From: Camelus ferus
Lineage: Eukaryota
DNA: 64,000 nt
NCBI RefSeq assembly: GCF_009834535.1
Contig: NC_045697.1
Coordinates: 12,092,001 to 12,156,000, forward strand
Direction of reading: 5' to 3'
Shown here: positions 24,901 through 38,818 of the stretch, piece after piece
Numbering within the stretch: the stretch's first letter is position 1
Layout: the number at the start of each line of letters is the position of its first letter
Made by a program: the position numbers and the translations under genes
Notes under the pieces: model-generated
Told to the model about the DNA's origin: nothing
The model's database searches: none
What the model saw: only the letters and a program-made list of their open reading frames with translations

Positions 24901-27900
24901 AATAAAAAACTTTGACCAAGAAAAAAACCCAAAGATTTAAGTTTGTAAAATCAGAAATGGAAAAGACATCACCATTAACCTTAAAGAAGCACAAAATATA
25001 ATAAATAAAAATACTACCAAAAAAAAAAAAAAGCCATATATCAACAAATTAGATATCCTAGATGAAATGGCCAAATTCCTAGAAAGACACAAACTATCAA
25101 ACTTACTCAAGAAGTAATAGGAAATCTGAAGACCTACAAGCAGACTATAATTAGTAACCAAAAATCCTACCACAAAGAAAAGCCCAGAGACAGATTAACT
25201 GGTGAATTCTATTAGACAACTAAGAAGAAATAAAACCAATCCTTCACAAACTCCAAAAAGAGAGATGAGGAAGGGACATTTCCCTGCTCATTCTATGAGG
25301 GCAATATTAGCCTGATATCAAAACCAAAGAAATCAACTGGAGGGAAAAAAAAAAAAAAACCCTACAAAACCAAATGGAACCATCTATTATGAATAGACAA
25401 AAGTCCAGTTGACCCTTGAACAACATGGCTTTCAGCTGTGCAGGTTCACTTATATGTGGATTTTTGTCCATTAGTAAATATTACAGTACTACACAATTCC
25501 CAGTTGGTTGAATCTGTGGATGTGGAACCACATATACAGAGGGCTGACTATAAGTTATACACGGATTTTCAACTGCACAAAGGGTTAGCTGCTACCTCCT
25601 GCACTGTTCAAGGGTCAACTCTATCAAGTAGAATCCAGCAACACATAAAAAAGATCATATATCAAGACCAAGTGGGATTTATCCCAAGAATGCAAGGTTA
25701 CTTCAACACATAAAAACCAATGAGGCAATATAACATATTAATAAAGGACAAAGCCACATAATAATCTCCATAGATGCAGAAAAGCACTTGACAAAATCCA
25801 ACACCTTTTCATGATAAAAACGCTGAACAAGCCAGGAATAGAAGGAAACTACCTCAGTCTAAGAAATGGTACCTGTACAAATTCCACAGATAACATCACA
25901 CGTAATAGCGAAAGATTGAAAGTTTTACCCCTAAGATCAGAACAAGACAAGGATATATGCTCTCACCACTTCTATTCAACATGTATTAGAGGTTCTAGCC
26001 AGCACAATTGGGCAAGAAAAACAAATAAAAGCCATTTGGATTGAAAAAGTAGAAGCAAAACTCTCCTTATAGATGACATAATGCTGCGTAAAGAAATGTC
26101 TAAGGAATCCACATACAAAATATTTTAGAACTAGTAAGTTCAGAAAGGTTACAGGATGCCATATCAATATACAAAAATCAGTTTTATTTCTATACAATGG
26201 CACTGAACAATTCCAAAATGAAATAATTAAGAAAATAATTCCATTTACAACAGCATCACAAAGAATAAAATACTTCTAGGAGTAAGTTTAACAAAACATA
26301 AAGATAACAATTATTCATAAATAAATAGAAATACATCCAGCATTCATGAACTGGAAGATTTAATATTGTTAACATGATAATAATCCCCAAATTGATCAAC
26401 AGATTCAACACAATCCCTATCAAAATCCTAGCTGGCATTTTTGTAGAAATTAGCAAGCTGATTCTAAAATGCATATGGAAATGTAAGGAATCTAGAATAG
26501 CCATAATAATCCTGAAAACAGAAAAACTAAATTGGAGGAGTAGCAATTCCTGATTGTTAACAAAAACTTACTATAAAGTATAATTAATCTAGGTGTTAAT
26601 GACATAAGGACAGATATACAAATCATTACAGTAGAACTGAGCCCCAAGACAGATCCTTACACCTATAGTCAATCTATTTTTGATGAGAGTACCAAGAAAA
26701 TTCAATGGGGAAATGAATTGTCTTTTCAACAAACTGTGCTGGGACAACTGGATATTTACATGCAAAATAATGGAGCTGGACCTCTACCTCATACCATATA
26801 AAATAATTAATTCAAAATGGATCCTATGAATATAGAAGCTAAAACTATAAAAATCTAAAAGAAAAGATAATTGTAAATCTTTATGGCAATGATTTCTTGG
26901 ATTTGACACTAAATCACAAGAAACAAAAGGAAAAACAGATAGAACGGACTTGATCAAAATTTAAAACTTCCGTGCTTCAAAAGGATACTATCAAGAAGTG
27001 AACACAGTCCACAGAAAAAAAGTAAATATTTATAAATCACATGTCTGATAGGGGTCTACTGTACACAGTATACAAAGAACTCCTACAACTCAACAATAAA
27101 AAGACAGATGACCAATTAAAAATTAGCAAATGATTTAGTAGACGTTTCTACAAAGAAGATATTGCTAATGGCCAGTAAGCACATGAAAAGATGATAAATA
27201 TCATTAGTCATTAGGGAAATGAAAATCAAAACCACAATGAGATATTATTTCATACCAGAAGGAGAGTATAATAAAAAAAAATGCACATAACAAGTGCTAG
27301 TGAAGACATGGAGAAATTTAAACCCTCATACACTGCTGGTGAGAATACAAAATGGTGTAGCCACTTTGGAAAATGCATTTTGAAAACACATTAAAAAATT
27401 TAAACACAGAATTACCATATGACCCAGCAAATTCCACCTCCTGGTATATAACCAAGAAAACTGAAAACATATGTCTAATCAAAATGTTTATGAATGTGCA
27501 CAGCAGCATCATTCATAATAGCCAAAAAGTGGAAACAACCCAAATAAACATTAACTGGTGAATGTATAAAATAAAATGTGGTATATCCATACAATAGAGT
27601 ATTATTCAACCATAAAAAGGAACAAAGAACCAATGCATGTTACAAGAAAAACAAACCTCAAAAACATGCTAAACAAAGGCTGCATAGTACGATTCCATTT
27701 ATATGAAATGTCTAAAACAGGTAAATCTATAGAAACAAAAAGCAGATTAGTAGTTGCCAGAGCCTGGATAAGGGCAGGAGAATGATGAGGAGTGAGTGCT
27801 AATCTAGTAATGACTATTCTAGGGTGAAGAAAATGTTCTGGAATCAGATAGTGATGATGGTTGCAAAACTTGGTGAATACATATACGAAAACCCATTGAA

Positions 27901-27970
27901 TTTTAATACTTTAAAAAAGTGAATTTTATATAGTATATGAATTATATCTCAATTTTTAAAAAAAGAAAAA
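21960..27970 (+). mobile_element. About 6 kb decayed L1 (L1MB4/5-like 3' UTR) with 5' region, ORF1 and ORF2 remnants
   Basis: ORF fragments include [39 protein letters not shown] and MWYIHTIEYYSTIKRN. The 3' UTR ends atatgaattatatctcaatttttaaaaaaag. Confidence 0.9.
25406..25621. mobile_element. Second Tigger2a-type DNA transposon, inserted in L1 ORF2
   Basis: cagttgacccttgaacaacatgg … ctgttcaagggtcaactc|TA. The internal sequence is collinear with the copy at 18962-19182. Confidence 0.9.
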
Positions 27971-27979
27971 TAAGAAGAA

Positions 27980-28495
27980 AGGATAACTTAGAGAGTGGAA
28001 CCCTAGAGCCCAGAGGGCAGATTGAAGAGTCATAAAAAATTATTCCCAGGCCTTAAGATTTAATCAATTAGCTTCCAACATTTGCCCAGCAGGATTTCAG
28101 AACTGTTATGAAACACTGACACCTGTGTGCATCCTATTTCCCCATTTTTGAACAGAAATGTTTATGACAGTTATTCTACGCTTGTCCTAACGTAGTATGT
28201 TGGATTCATATGGGAAAGTAATTTATCTTCTTACTTTTAAAGGTCTACAGATCAAGAGAAACTGTACTTGAAGTGTTGAACTTAAGGAACTATACCAAGG
28301 AAATTCATTTGTACCTGGAACTGAGTTAGATAACAAGAGTGTTGGCTTCTGAGATGATACTGTACTAAGACTTCTGGAGGTCTTGGGCAGGAGTGAGTGC
28401 ATGCTGCATATAGGAGAGATGTGAATCACCAGTGACCAATGGATTCCAACTTCCTTGTATTCACTCTTTGTTTAGTATTCTCCCACATTGATAGG
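27980..28495 (+). mobile_element. MaLR internal region, 3' part, plus remnant of the 3' LTR
   Basis: attattcccaggccttaagatttaat…ggatttcagaactgttatg and gcatataggagagatgtgaatc are MLT-int 3' motifs. gattccaacttccttgtattcactctttgtttagtattctcccac (~28442-28487) resembles the LTR start near 20760-20810. Confidence 0.7.
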
Positions 28496-28652
28496 TAGCA
28501 TATAATGCTACTATTTACTTAGAGAAATAGTTGCTCTTAGGATCGATTTAGGAATGGGTTGTTTCAATTAGAGATTGTCAATGTGGAAAATATAAGTCAT
28601 TAATTCAATAAAAATTATAAAGGCCAGGATGGTGATGTTTTTGTTATCTTCT

Positions 28653-28703
28653 TTTTCTCCATCTCCATTTCTCTTTTCTCCATCTCCATTTCTCTTTTCT
28701 CCA
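28653..28703. repeat. 21-bp tandem duplication (ttttctccatctccatttctc x2.4)
   Basis: Read directly from the sequence. Confidence 0.85.
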
Positions 28704-30218
28704 CGTTTGATATGCATTAGCAACAATTAACATGTATTAACAACAACACTGAAATAGCATTTTATAAAATATGAAGAACTCTGACATACATTGATATCAC
28801 TGAATAACAAATATCATATTAGTGCAGATAACAATATAAAATAAAGAAGGAAAGGAAAGTTCTATTTATGGTGTACAGTTCTTTCCCATGCCTTTTATTT
28901 TTCCCAAAATATTTTATTTCTAAAAATTTCAATCTATAGAAGAGTTGAAAGAGTACAATGTACTTTCACAAAATTTTCTCTCTCTAGTTTCAATAACTTT
29001 TGACATTTTGTGTCATTTGATTGACATATACACCCTTACACACACACATTATTTATGGGTGAAGCATTTGAAAGTTGCAGATATCATGAAGCTTTAACTC
29101 TCCTTCAGTAGTTAAAGAATAAAGAATAAAATAAAGAACAAAATTGAGCTGAGAATAAAGAACAAAAACATTATCATATATAACGATAATGCCACTGTCC
29201 CTTTCAAAACTTTCAATGTAAACAATACTGTCCCCAACTTTCTCCATTATCTCCTTTACAGCTTTTTCATCATCAATCTCAGGTTGCAATCTAGGATTAC
29301 ATATTGTATTTGATTGTCATGTTTTCTAAGTCTTTCCTCCTGCTCCCTTCACCCCTCCCCCACTTTTTTTGGTTTGTTCATTTTTTAACTTCCATGCCAT
29401 TTATTTTGTAGCATACCCATGATTTAGATTAGCTTTCTTATGATTTAGGTTCAGGTTAATAATTTGACAGGAATAGTACATAGGTGATATGCTTCCTTGG
29501 TGTATCATACCAGTTTGTCCCAGTATTAGTGATGCTGTTGGGATCACTTGCTTTAAGCTGGTATCCAACAAGTATTTCCATTGTAGAGTTACATTTTCTC
29601 CTTTGTAATTAGTGATCTGTGGATTAATACTTTAATGTGTGTTTACTCAACAGTTTTAGCACCAATTGATAATACATTAGTGGCTACAAAACAGTAATTT
29701 TGTTAATTCTATCCTTCATTCTCTGTTTTTCAGTAGCATTCTTAAAGAAAAAGAAATGCCTTCTCTTCTGTGATCCTCACCTTTTATTTATTTTTTGTTT
29801 GTTATTATCACTATGAACTCAGGTTTCTTGTTATCCAATGTTAGCTATGCCATCATTATTCATTTTAATGCACAAATTATTCCATATTTAGCCAGTGGAA
29901 ACCCTTTCATGTTGGTCTTTGCATCTTTTTGCTGTATCTTCTGCTTTTTTAGCATAAAAAAATATTCCATGTCCACCTTCTACTTTTCCTAACTTGGAAT
30001 CAATCAGTATTCCAAATATTCTATTTCCAAATATCCTATTTTCCCTTCTTGTGGTAGGGACCGCTATCTAGGCATCAAGGACCGGATGATAAGTGTGGTC
30101 ATTGCTAGTGTGGTGTCACTGCTTCTAGAATCTTAAAATAGGCAAAGCTAATAAACGTTAAATATATATTTAAATCATGAGTTCATACTGCTACCTCTAC
30201 TACCACAGGTTTCTTTTT

Positions 30219-30971
30219 TGTTGTTGTTTTTTGTTTGTTTTTAAGGTTTATATTTATTTATTTTTTTAAAACATTTTTATTGATTTATAATCATTTTACA
30301 ATGTGTCAAATTCCAGTGTAGAGCACAATTTTTCAGCTATACATGAATATACATATAGTCATTGTCACTTTTTTTTTTTTTGCTGTGAGCTACCACAAGA
30401 TCTTGTACATACTTCCCTGTGCTATACAGTATAATCTTATTTATCTATTCTACATTCTGAAATCCCAGTCTGTTCCTTCCCACCCCCTGCCCCCTTGGAA
30501 ACCATGTTTGTATTCTGTCTATGAGTCTGTTTCTGTTTTGTATTTATGGTTTTTTGGGGTTTTTTTGTTTTTTTAGATTCCACATATGAGCGGTCTCATA
30601 TAGTATTTTTCTTTCTCTTTCTGGCTTACTTCATTTAAGAATAACATTCTCCAGGAACATTCATGTTGCTGCAAATGGCATTATGTTGTTGGTTTTTATG
30701 GTTGAATAGTATTCCATTGTATAAATATACCACCTCTTCTTTATCCAGTCATCTGTTGATGGACATTTAGGCTGTTTCCATGTCTTGGCTATTGTAAACA
30801 GTGCTGCTATGAACATTGGGGTGCAGCTGTCTTTTTGAAGTAGGGTTCCTTCTGGATATATGCCCAGGAGTGGGATTACTGGGTCCTATGTTAAGTCTAT
30901 TCCTAGTCTTTTGAGTTATCTCCATACTGTTTTCTACAGTGGCTGCACCAAACTGCATTCCCACCAGCAGT
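30219..30971 (-). mobile_element. Young (camelid-type) 5'-truncated L1 3' end
   Basis: Nearly identical in reverse complement to the 3' part of the L1 at 56111-57505. TSD ccacaggtttcttttt (30203-30218) / ccacagggttcttttt (30972-30987). Confidence 0.9.
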
Positions 30972-31527
30972 CCACAGGGTTCTTTTTCTTCCCCCATTCC
31001 ATATTTTTATCCCCTTCTCTTACAGTAAAAAGTCATAAAATTACTATACCAATATCATTACTGAAAAATGTTTATCCTTAAAATATATCCCCCTGAGAGT
31101 ACAGAGTACTATATTAGTTATTTGAATTAACTTTTCCTATGTTCTGTATTATCAATATGATAAACAGGCTCATTTAATTTGTCTGTTTGACTCAGTCACA
31201 GGGTTCCCTCCTCCATCCTTGTTGATTTAATTACTTTTTTTAAATGTAGAAAATTAACATGCCTCAAAAGTCAAAACTGTACAACACTCAAAGAAGTTTC
31301 ACTTACTTTCCTTTATTTTCCACCACTTCCAAAGTAACCAAATTTCATTAGTTTCTAATTAATCCTTTTGTTTTTGTGTAAAAATAAAAAAGATTCATAT
31401 ATTCTTTCCTCTTCTTTCTTAAAAGTTAACATACTATATATACTCTTTTTTCTTTTTTCTTTGTTCACTTAAAAATATATACCCAGTTAATCTTTCTTAT
31501 CAGTTCACAGAAATGTTCTTTAAAAAA

Positions 31528-32020
31528 ATTATTTTTACTGAAGTATAGTTGATATACAATATTATATCTCATATATGTTTCAGGAATACAACATACTGAT
31601 TCACATTTTTTAAAGGTTATATACCATTTACAGTTACTACAAAATACTGGCTATATTTCCTGTGTTGTACAATATATCCTTATAGCTTATTTATTTTATA
31701 CATAACAGTTTGCACTTCTTAACTCTCTACCCCTATCTTGCCCCTCCTCTCTCCCCCTCCATACTAACAACCACTAATTTGTTCACTGTATCTGTTAGTC
31801 TGTTTCCTTTTTGTTGTATTTACTGGTTTGTTTCATTTTTTAGATTCTACATTTAAGTGATATCGTACGTATTTTATCTTTGATTCATTTCATAAGCATA
31901 ATACCTTCCAAGTCCATCCATGTTTTTGCGAATTCCATTCTTTTTCATGGCCTAGTATTCCCCTGTGTACACATATATTTTTTAAATCCATTTGTTTGTT
32001 GAAGGAAACTTAGGTTGCTT
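31528..32020 (-). mobile_element. Cetartiodactyl-type L1 3' end fragment
   Basis: ttttactgaagtatagttgatatacaatattat…cctgtgttgtacaatatatcctt…ttagattctacatttaagtgatatc. Confidence 0.8.
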
Positions 32021-33096
32021 TATTCTATTCTCCAGCTCCACGGTAATCCACTGTATGTTTCTACCACGTGGCCAACCTCTCTCCCATACTAGTTTCTTAA
32101 AAACATCTAGTCTTGCATAGCTGTATTTCCATACATAGCTCCAAGAAGGTGGAGACTTTCTAAAGGGATCATACAAAATTTATATATTAATATACGGAAC
32201 ACCAAAACTGCTTGTATGTTTATTCCAAAGTATTTGCCTTTTTAAAAAAACTACTGTAAATGAAATTATACCATCTGATTAAGTGTACATGAAAGTCACT
32301 GACTGTTCACTTTATATCTCGACATTGTACTGAGTTCTTTTACTGTTTTAGTTTTACTGTCAATGCTCTTGGTCTTACAATACCATGTGCAAAGAGAACG
32401 TTATATTTCTTTTCCGATTCTTATGAATCTAAAACAGTTTTCTCTTATCTAATTGCACAAGCCCAAACCTCCGACAAGATGTTAAATAGTGGGACAGGAC
32501 AATTCTGTCTTGTTCCACTTTTAGTAGGACTGCAGTCAGTAGTTTCTACATTTTAATTTGTATTTTAAAAACTGGAGTACATGTGTTTTATGAGGTTAAA
32601 GATATATACATCATTCGTTTTTTACTGAATATTTTTTAGCAGGAAGGAACGTGCTGAATTTTGTCAAAGATCTTTTGAGCATCAATAGAGATGAATTTCA
32701 AGTTTTGTTTCTCCTTAGATTAACAGAAGCATTATATTAATAGATTTCCTAAAATGAAACCACTCATATGTTACTGGGTCAAATCTTACTTGATCATGAT
32801 GAATTATTTTATTACTACAGTGTAGAATTTTGTTTGATATTTTTGTATTGATATAAGTGAGATTATTCTGCAATTGTGTGTGTGTACGAATATGAACTAA
32901 CTTTATGAGATTTTTATCTAGATCAACATCATAGTCATTTAAAAAATAATTTGGAACTTACTTTTTTGTGTTCTGGAAAGTTTTATGAAATAGAGATTAG
33001 CTGATCTTATAAAATTAGGTAAAATATAACTTTCAAAACCTCCCACACTTGGTGCTTTTTTTGAGATTTCTTAACCCTTTTTTTTTTCTATTTCTT

Positions 33097-33131
33097 AAAA
33101 AAAGAAAAGAAAAGAAAAGAAAAGAAAAGAA
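33097..33131. repeat. (GAAAA)n microsatellite
   Basis: aaaaaaagaaaagaaaagaaaagaaaagaaaagaa. Confidence 0.9.
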
Positions 33132-34259
33132 TAGTCCTATTTAGTATTCTATCTCTTTGGAGACAATTCTGGTAAACTAGATTTTCCTATTAATTATCCA
33201 CTTCACCTAAACTGTACACAATAGAATCTATGACTTTTTAAATTCTCTGTTTAAATGGTTATTTCCCTCTTCTCGTGTCTTGTATATATCTCCGCTTTCT
33301 CCCTCTGTACTACCCTCTCCCCAGCTGCCTGGCCTATTGGCTAAATAGTGCTTTATCTATTTTGTGGCCTTTTCCAAAGGACAAGTATTTTTTTCTATTT
33401 ATTTTTTAGTCCTAATATTTTTATCTTCTACCTTATTAAATTTTGCTTTTATCTTGACTTTTTCCTTCCCTGTTTATTATTCTGATTTACTTTGTGATTT
33501 CTAGCTTTTCTGGATGGGAATTTAGCTCATTTGCACTTTCAAATTTTTACTGAGAAAAATATTAAAGGCCAAATCTTTTTCTGATCACTGTTTTAATTAT
33601 ATCTCCTAGATTCTTATATGTAGTTTTTTCATTATTTGTTTAAAGAGATTCTACAATTTTTTTCTTCCCTCTCACCCTAAAGTTGTTTAAAAGAATGTTT
33701 ACATTGCAAGTAGATGAGACAATCTTTTTGTTGCTGTTATTCATTTCTATCTTTATTGCATTATGATAAAAAACTTTTTTGTATTATTCTACTTTATGAA
33801 TTTACTCAGGATTTCATTACTTAGTAAATTTTTTTGAATGTTCCATGTACACTTGAGAAAAAAGTACAGTTTACATTATTTAAGCAGAGCTCAATTTCTG
33901 TCCATAAACTATTCCTTACTATTATTTTAGGTCTTCTATATCCTCATTTATTTTAGATCCGCTTCACCAATCTTGGACTGAAAGTGACATGCTAATACTC
34001 CTGAGTGTCTGTCCTTTACTATGAATTCTCTCTAGTTTTTGCTTTGTTAAGGTGATTACTATGTTATTTGGCACATAGATATTAATAAATGCCCTATCAA
34101 CATTATGAGCTAAGACCTTTAACAAAGTCTTTTATCCTCAAGACAAGCAATGTAATTTGGTATGCAACAGAAACATTTTGAGTACTTCACATTTAACTGT
34201 ACAGAATTTTTTTTAATGTCTAAACCAAGGGTTAAAACTTCATAAATTAAAAAAAAAAA

Positions 34260-34531
34260 TTATGCCTTCATCAAGGGCATTCTTAAGTGTAATGGCCCTT
34301 TTTTACCACAATGTGTGAGGTGCTGAAGAATACAAGGACTACTGGGTATAGTTTATTGCCACTGGCTCATAATTTTAACCAACATTGCTTTTGCACCATC
34401 AGTGCAAATGTCAACACAGCAAAAGTAGCAAAGAGCATCTCAGAATTATTTTTAAAAAATGTTACCTTGCAGATTCCTTGAATAAGTCTTAGGGACCTAA
34501 GGTTTCCATGTGTCACACTTGGAGAACCACC
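34260..34531. mobile_element. hAT-Charlie1-family terminal fragment
   Basis: ttttgcaccatcagtgcaaatgtcaacacag…tcacacttggagaaccac matches the Charlie1/1a end. Confidence 0.8.
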
Positions 34532-34599
34532 ATCCTACAAAAACCTAACATATTTTTATCCCAAAATAAATAGTATACTGGAAAGCAATAAAGAAGAAT

Positions 34600-34830
34600 G
34601 GCTGGAAGTACATCATGTATTCAGATATACCTTGTATTAAATTCCACATCTGCTGATTACAGGCTGTATAACATTGTGGAAACTACTTTGTAAGCCATAA
34701 TCTCCTCTGTAAAGTAAGTCTACTAATAGTGTCTAAAGGAGTTGCTGCAAAGATTAAATGAACTAATGTACAGAGAGAGTGCTTACCCAGTGCCTATCAC
34801 TTAGAACTCAAAAAGCAATAGCCTAATTAT
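34600..34830 (+). mobile_element. MIR SINE
   Basis: ctcctctgtaaagtaagtctactaatagtg…gttgctgcaaagattaaatgaactaatgtac…gtgcttacccagtgcct. Confidence 0.7.
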
Positions 34831-35049
34831 TTAATTTTTATACAATACTACTATTTTCTAATAATCCCAATTAGGAGAAAAAAATCAAAGACAATAATTT
34901 GGGAAGTCTCTCTAGACCAAAAATCTTAAAAAATGAGCAAAATCCTTAAAGCATTAAATCTTAGAATTTTAGAATATAAAACTTCAGATATCAGCATATT
35001 ATGACATTTAAACTTTAACAGCCTTTTTAAAAAATGGCCTTTTAAACTC

Positions 35050-37350
35050 TGACTGTCTTCTCTATTTTATCTTTGTATTTTATTTCACAAGTTTTGTTCG
35101 TATTTTCTGTTCGCCTCTTTCCTATTTATTTAGGGTTCCTTTTTAAACAAAATTCCTTCAGTTAGATGCTTTGCTCTATCATTAACTTTCCAATCTTTTT
35201 CTTAAGTAACATAAAAGTTTAAGGCTATAAATCTCCTTCTACCAAATTCTGAAGGTCCTGTAAGTTTTAAAATGTATTTTTAATATCATTCAATGCCAAA
35301 TATATTCTGCTAGCCATTAGAATTTTCTTTATCCCATGAATTACTTGGAAATGTCATAAAATTTCCTTCTGCATAAATTTATTTAAAGCTATCTTTTGTT
35401 ACTGATCACATCTTAACTGAACTGTATCAATAAACACGGTCTATATGATACCAGTTTTTACTTGTTGGTAACTTTTTAATGGCATAGAATGCAGTCAGGT
35501 TTTATAAAATTTTGAGTATACTTGAAAAAATGTTCACCATGTTTACAAATTTTGCAATGGTTGGGTTCAGAGTTCTATATATGTCCATTAGCTCAAACTT
35601 ACTAACTATGTTATTCAAATCTTTCTTTTCATTAGTTTATGTCTTTGACTTAACTAAGATCTTAAACTCTCTATGATGTTCTCCTTGTACTTCTGATAAT
35701 TTTTGTTTCATACTTTCAGGCTATGTTATTTTGATAACACATATTCATAACTATCATGGTTTCTTGGTGAACAGTACATTTTATCATTATATAAAAATCC
35801 TATTAATTTTTAATACTTCTCCTTGTCTCTATAGTCGTTATGTTTGATGTTATCATGTTGATACACAGGTTTAATCAGACTTTTTTTTAATAGTGCATAT
35901 TTTTTCCAGCCTTTCACATTTTCAAGGGGTCTTTTATGAAGAACATATAGGTGGATTTGAGGTTTTATCTATCTAATAATCTATGTCTTAACTGGAGAAT
36001 TCATACTTTATTTAAATAACTGATATTTCCATTTATTCCTATTTTTTGCTTTTACAGGCCTTAGTTTTTCTTTTGAAGTTATTTTTTTCCATACTATTTT
36101 CCCTCTTCTACTGGTTTGAAACTAATATTTCTAGATCTATTCTTTTACTACTTCACCCAGAAATTTCCACATGCACTAGTTTTACTTGTAAAGTCTCAAG
36201 GTAACTAGTATGTTTGCCTGATTTTAAAGGGCTGTACAATGCTTTAACTCTATGCACACCACTCTAGGCTTAGATGCTCTTTCTGTCAGGTAATACAGCA
36301 TTTATCAATCCCACGAGTAGATACTATTTTTATTATTTTATACAATCAGTTTTTCTTTAGATTTACCCATCCATATTTTCATTCCTCTTGCATTTCAGAC
36401 TTTCTTTCCAGGATTGTTTCTTTCTCAAGTATAAACCTCAGAGGCTTTTTGGTTTTGTTTTCAAAAAGAAAGTCTGTTTGAAATAAAGTCTATTTTTTTT
36501 AATCTGCAAATAAATTTATTCCACGAAAGAACTTTTAACAGAATATAAAATCCCAAGTTTTTCGCTTAGAAGTCAGCTGTCAGTCTGTTATTTGGCTGTA
36601 AGTAATCAGTCCTTTACTTCTGGCTGTTATCAACATTTTCTCTTTCGTCTTCAACTAAGTCTTATGTGAATTTATTTTCACTCATCCTGGTAGGTAACAC
36701 TAAGATCCCTGAATATAATGATTTGTATCTTTCATAAATTCTGGAAAATTCTCAGAATATTGTCTCTCTTAAATTATATTTATAATCTCCAACTTAAACT
36801 CTGGTTAGACCCACAGTAACTCTTTTCACTGTATCTTCCATGTCTCTTAGCATCTTTCACATTTTTTATTTAGTTGCTGCATTTTTTGTGACTTCTTCAG
36901 ATCTTCCCAATGATCAATTACCCTCTCTAAATAAAACTGGTTGTTTACAACTTCATTAAGTTTTAAAAGTCCATTATTATGTTTTCCACTTTAAACATTC
37001 TATTTGGTTAATTTTTAACACATGTTGGGTAGTTTATGATAGTCTCTAGCTTTTACTCACATTTTGAATTTTAAACTTCATATTTCTTTAAATAGATTAA
37101 AACATAATTTTTATATTCTTATCTTTTAATTACAAAATTCACAGTCTTTGAAGATTTGGTCCTGGTTCTTTATTATTTTGGCCAACAACTGTAGATAGTA
37201 CTGTAGACAGTGCCTTGTTTGCTTATGTATTTTACTATTTATTTTACTTTTGGGAAATGAGTTCATTTTTTAAAAGAACTTTATATTTTGAGATTTAATT
37301 TTTGGATATATTGTTAGAGACTATGCCTTTGGTTCTGCCATGTATCTGGA
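35050..37350 (-). mobile_element. Very old L1 (L1M5/L1ME or HAL1-like) ORF1/ORF2-start remnant
   Basis: T-rich antisense landmarks: aaggctataaatctcc, gttctatatatgtccattagctcaa, agaagtcagctgtcagtct, ttcataaattctggaaaattctcag. Confidence 0.6.
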
Positions 37351-37371
37351 GGAGATATCAAACCAAGATGA

Positions 37372-37823
37372 GTAAAAATACTTTTTTTTATTGTGGTAAA
37401 ATATACACAACAAAATGTACCACCTTAACTATTTTAAATATATAGTTCAGCTCAGTAGTATTATATACAATCATAATGTTGTATAATTGTCACCATCATC
37501 CAACTCCATAACTTCTCATCTTATAAAATTAAAACCATATCTATTAAACAATAATCTCATCCCCCTCCACCCACAGCAACCACAATTCTACTTTCTTCCT
37601 CTGTTTTTGCCTATTCCAACTACCTCATATATAAGTGGAATCACACAGTATTTGTCTTTTTGTGACTGGCTTATTTCACTTAGTGAATGTCCTCAAAGTT
37701 CCTGCACATTGAAACATATGTCAGAATTTCTTTCCTTTTTAAGGGTAAATAATATTCCATTATATATATACAAACTACATTTTGCTTATCTATTCATCTT
37801 TCCATGGACAACTGGGTTGCTTC
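37372..37823 (-). mobile_element. L1MB-type 3' end, 5'-truncated, with a perfect TSD
   Basis: ttttttttattgtggtaaaatatacac…cctcatatataagtggaatcacacagtatttgtc. TSD caaaccaagatga at 37359-37371 and 37824-37836. Confidence 0.85.
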
Positions 37824-38818
37824 CAAACCAAGATGATTTAGATTAAATTATAGATTTATGAATTAGTATGAACTCAGATTCCTAACCTGTGACAACTAGA
37901 TAATAGCTAAAAATTACTAGGAGAGATTTTCTCCTTTAGAATACAGACATATGTTCTTGTTCTCCTTTATTTTAAGTTTCGATTTTTAACCTAGCATTTT
38001 CATTGTTTCTTTAATGAATTTCATATTTCTAATTGTCTATACTTTCAGAATCAAGAAACTAAATCTTCTTTGGTTATAAAATTCCCTATTATACCAAAAA
38101 TCAATATTTCTTTAATGATTCATTAAAAAAATTATTCATAGGTCTTATGTTTAAAAGACATAATTCACATAGAGATATAGAAATAGCTCTTCGGAAAGTT
38201 TAAATATAGTAAAGTGATTTATGATATCTACCTTCAATAATCTTTGAAGTTTAATGATATAGTAAGGTATTTAAACATTCTATGGGACCATTCTGACAGC
38301 TCTAACCCTGTGGAAAAATTTTATGAGTCTAAATGTAGAATAATAAGCAAAAGCACACTTTTTCAATGTTGTCATAATCTCATGGCAATTCCTGAAGATT
38401 TAATGTTGAATTCTCATAGGAAAGAGTACAGTTGGCAAAATCCCTATAGTAAAACTCTCCTTGGAGCAGTTATTCATTCTGACAAAAAGCACCTCTTTGC
38501 TAACTTTTTGATATGCCTCTACGTTCCAATGTTAAATAAGATCTAAAAAGCCTATGGCAACCATAAAGTGAAAATCAGATTAAGAGAAAAAAATCAATGA
38601 TATGCTTTCAGAATTTTTCCTTCCTTAAAAAACCATAAGTAGATGGTATCAGAGAACTCTGAGTAAGGAATTCACTTTATAGTCTATGCCTTCTTAAAAT
38701 AAGGATCAACTGATTCTTTGAAATGATCATTAAAATTGATAACCCCTAGCCAGGATACCAAAGAAGAGTGTGAAGACACAAGTTACAAATAACAGAAATA
38801 AAAAAGAGCCATCACCAC

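Larger units (their letters stand above)
28880..34100 (-). mobile_element. Old L1 (L1MC4/5-like) 3' UTR and ORF2 remnants, interrupted by two younger L1 fragments
   Basis: cattttaatgcacaaattattccatatttagccagtggaaaccctttcatgttgg is an L1MC 3' UTR motif. Antisense ORF2 landmarks follow (tgctgaattttgtcaaag, cttacttgatcatgatgaatt). Confidence 0.7.
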
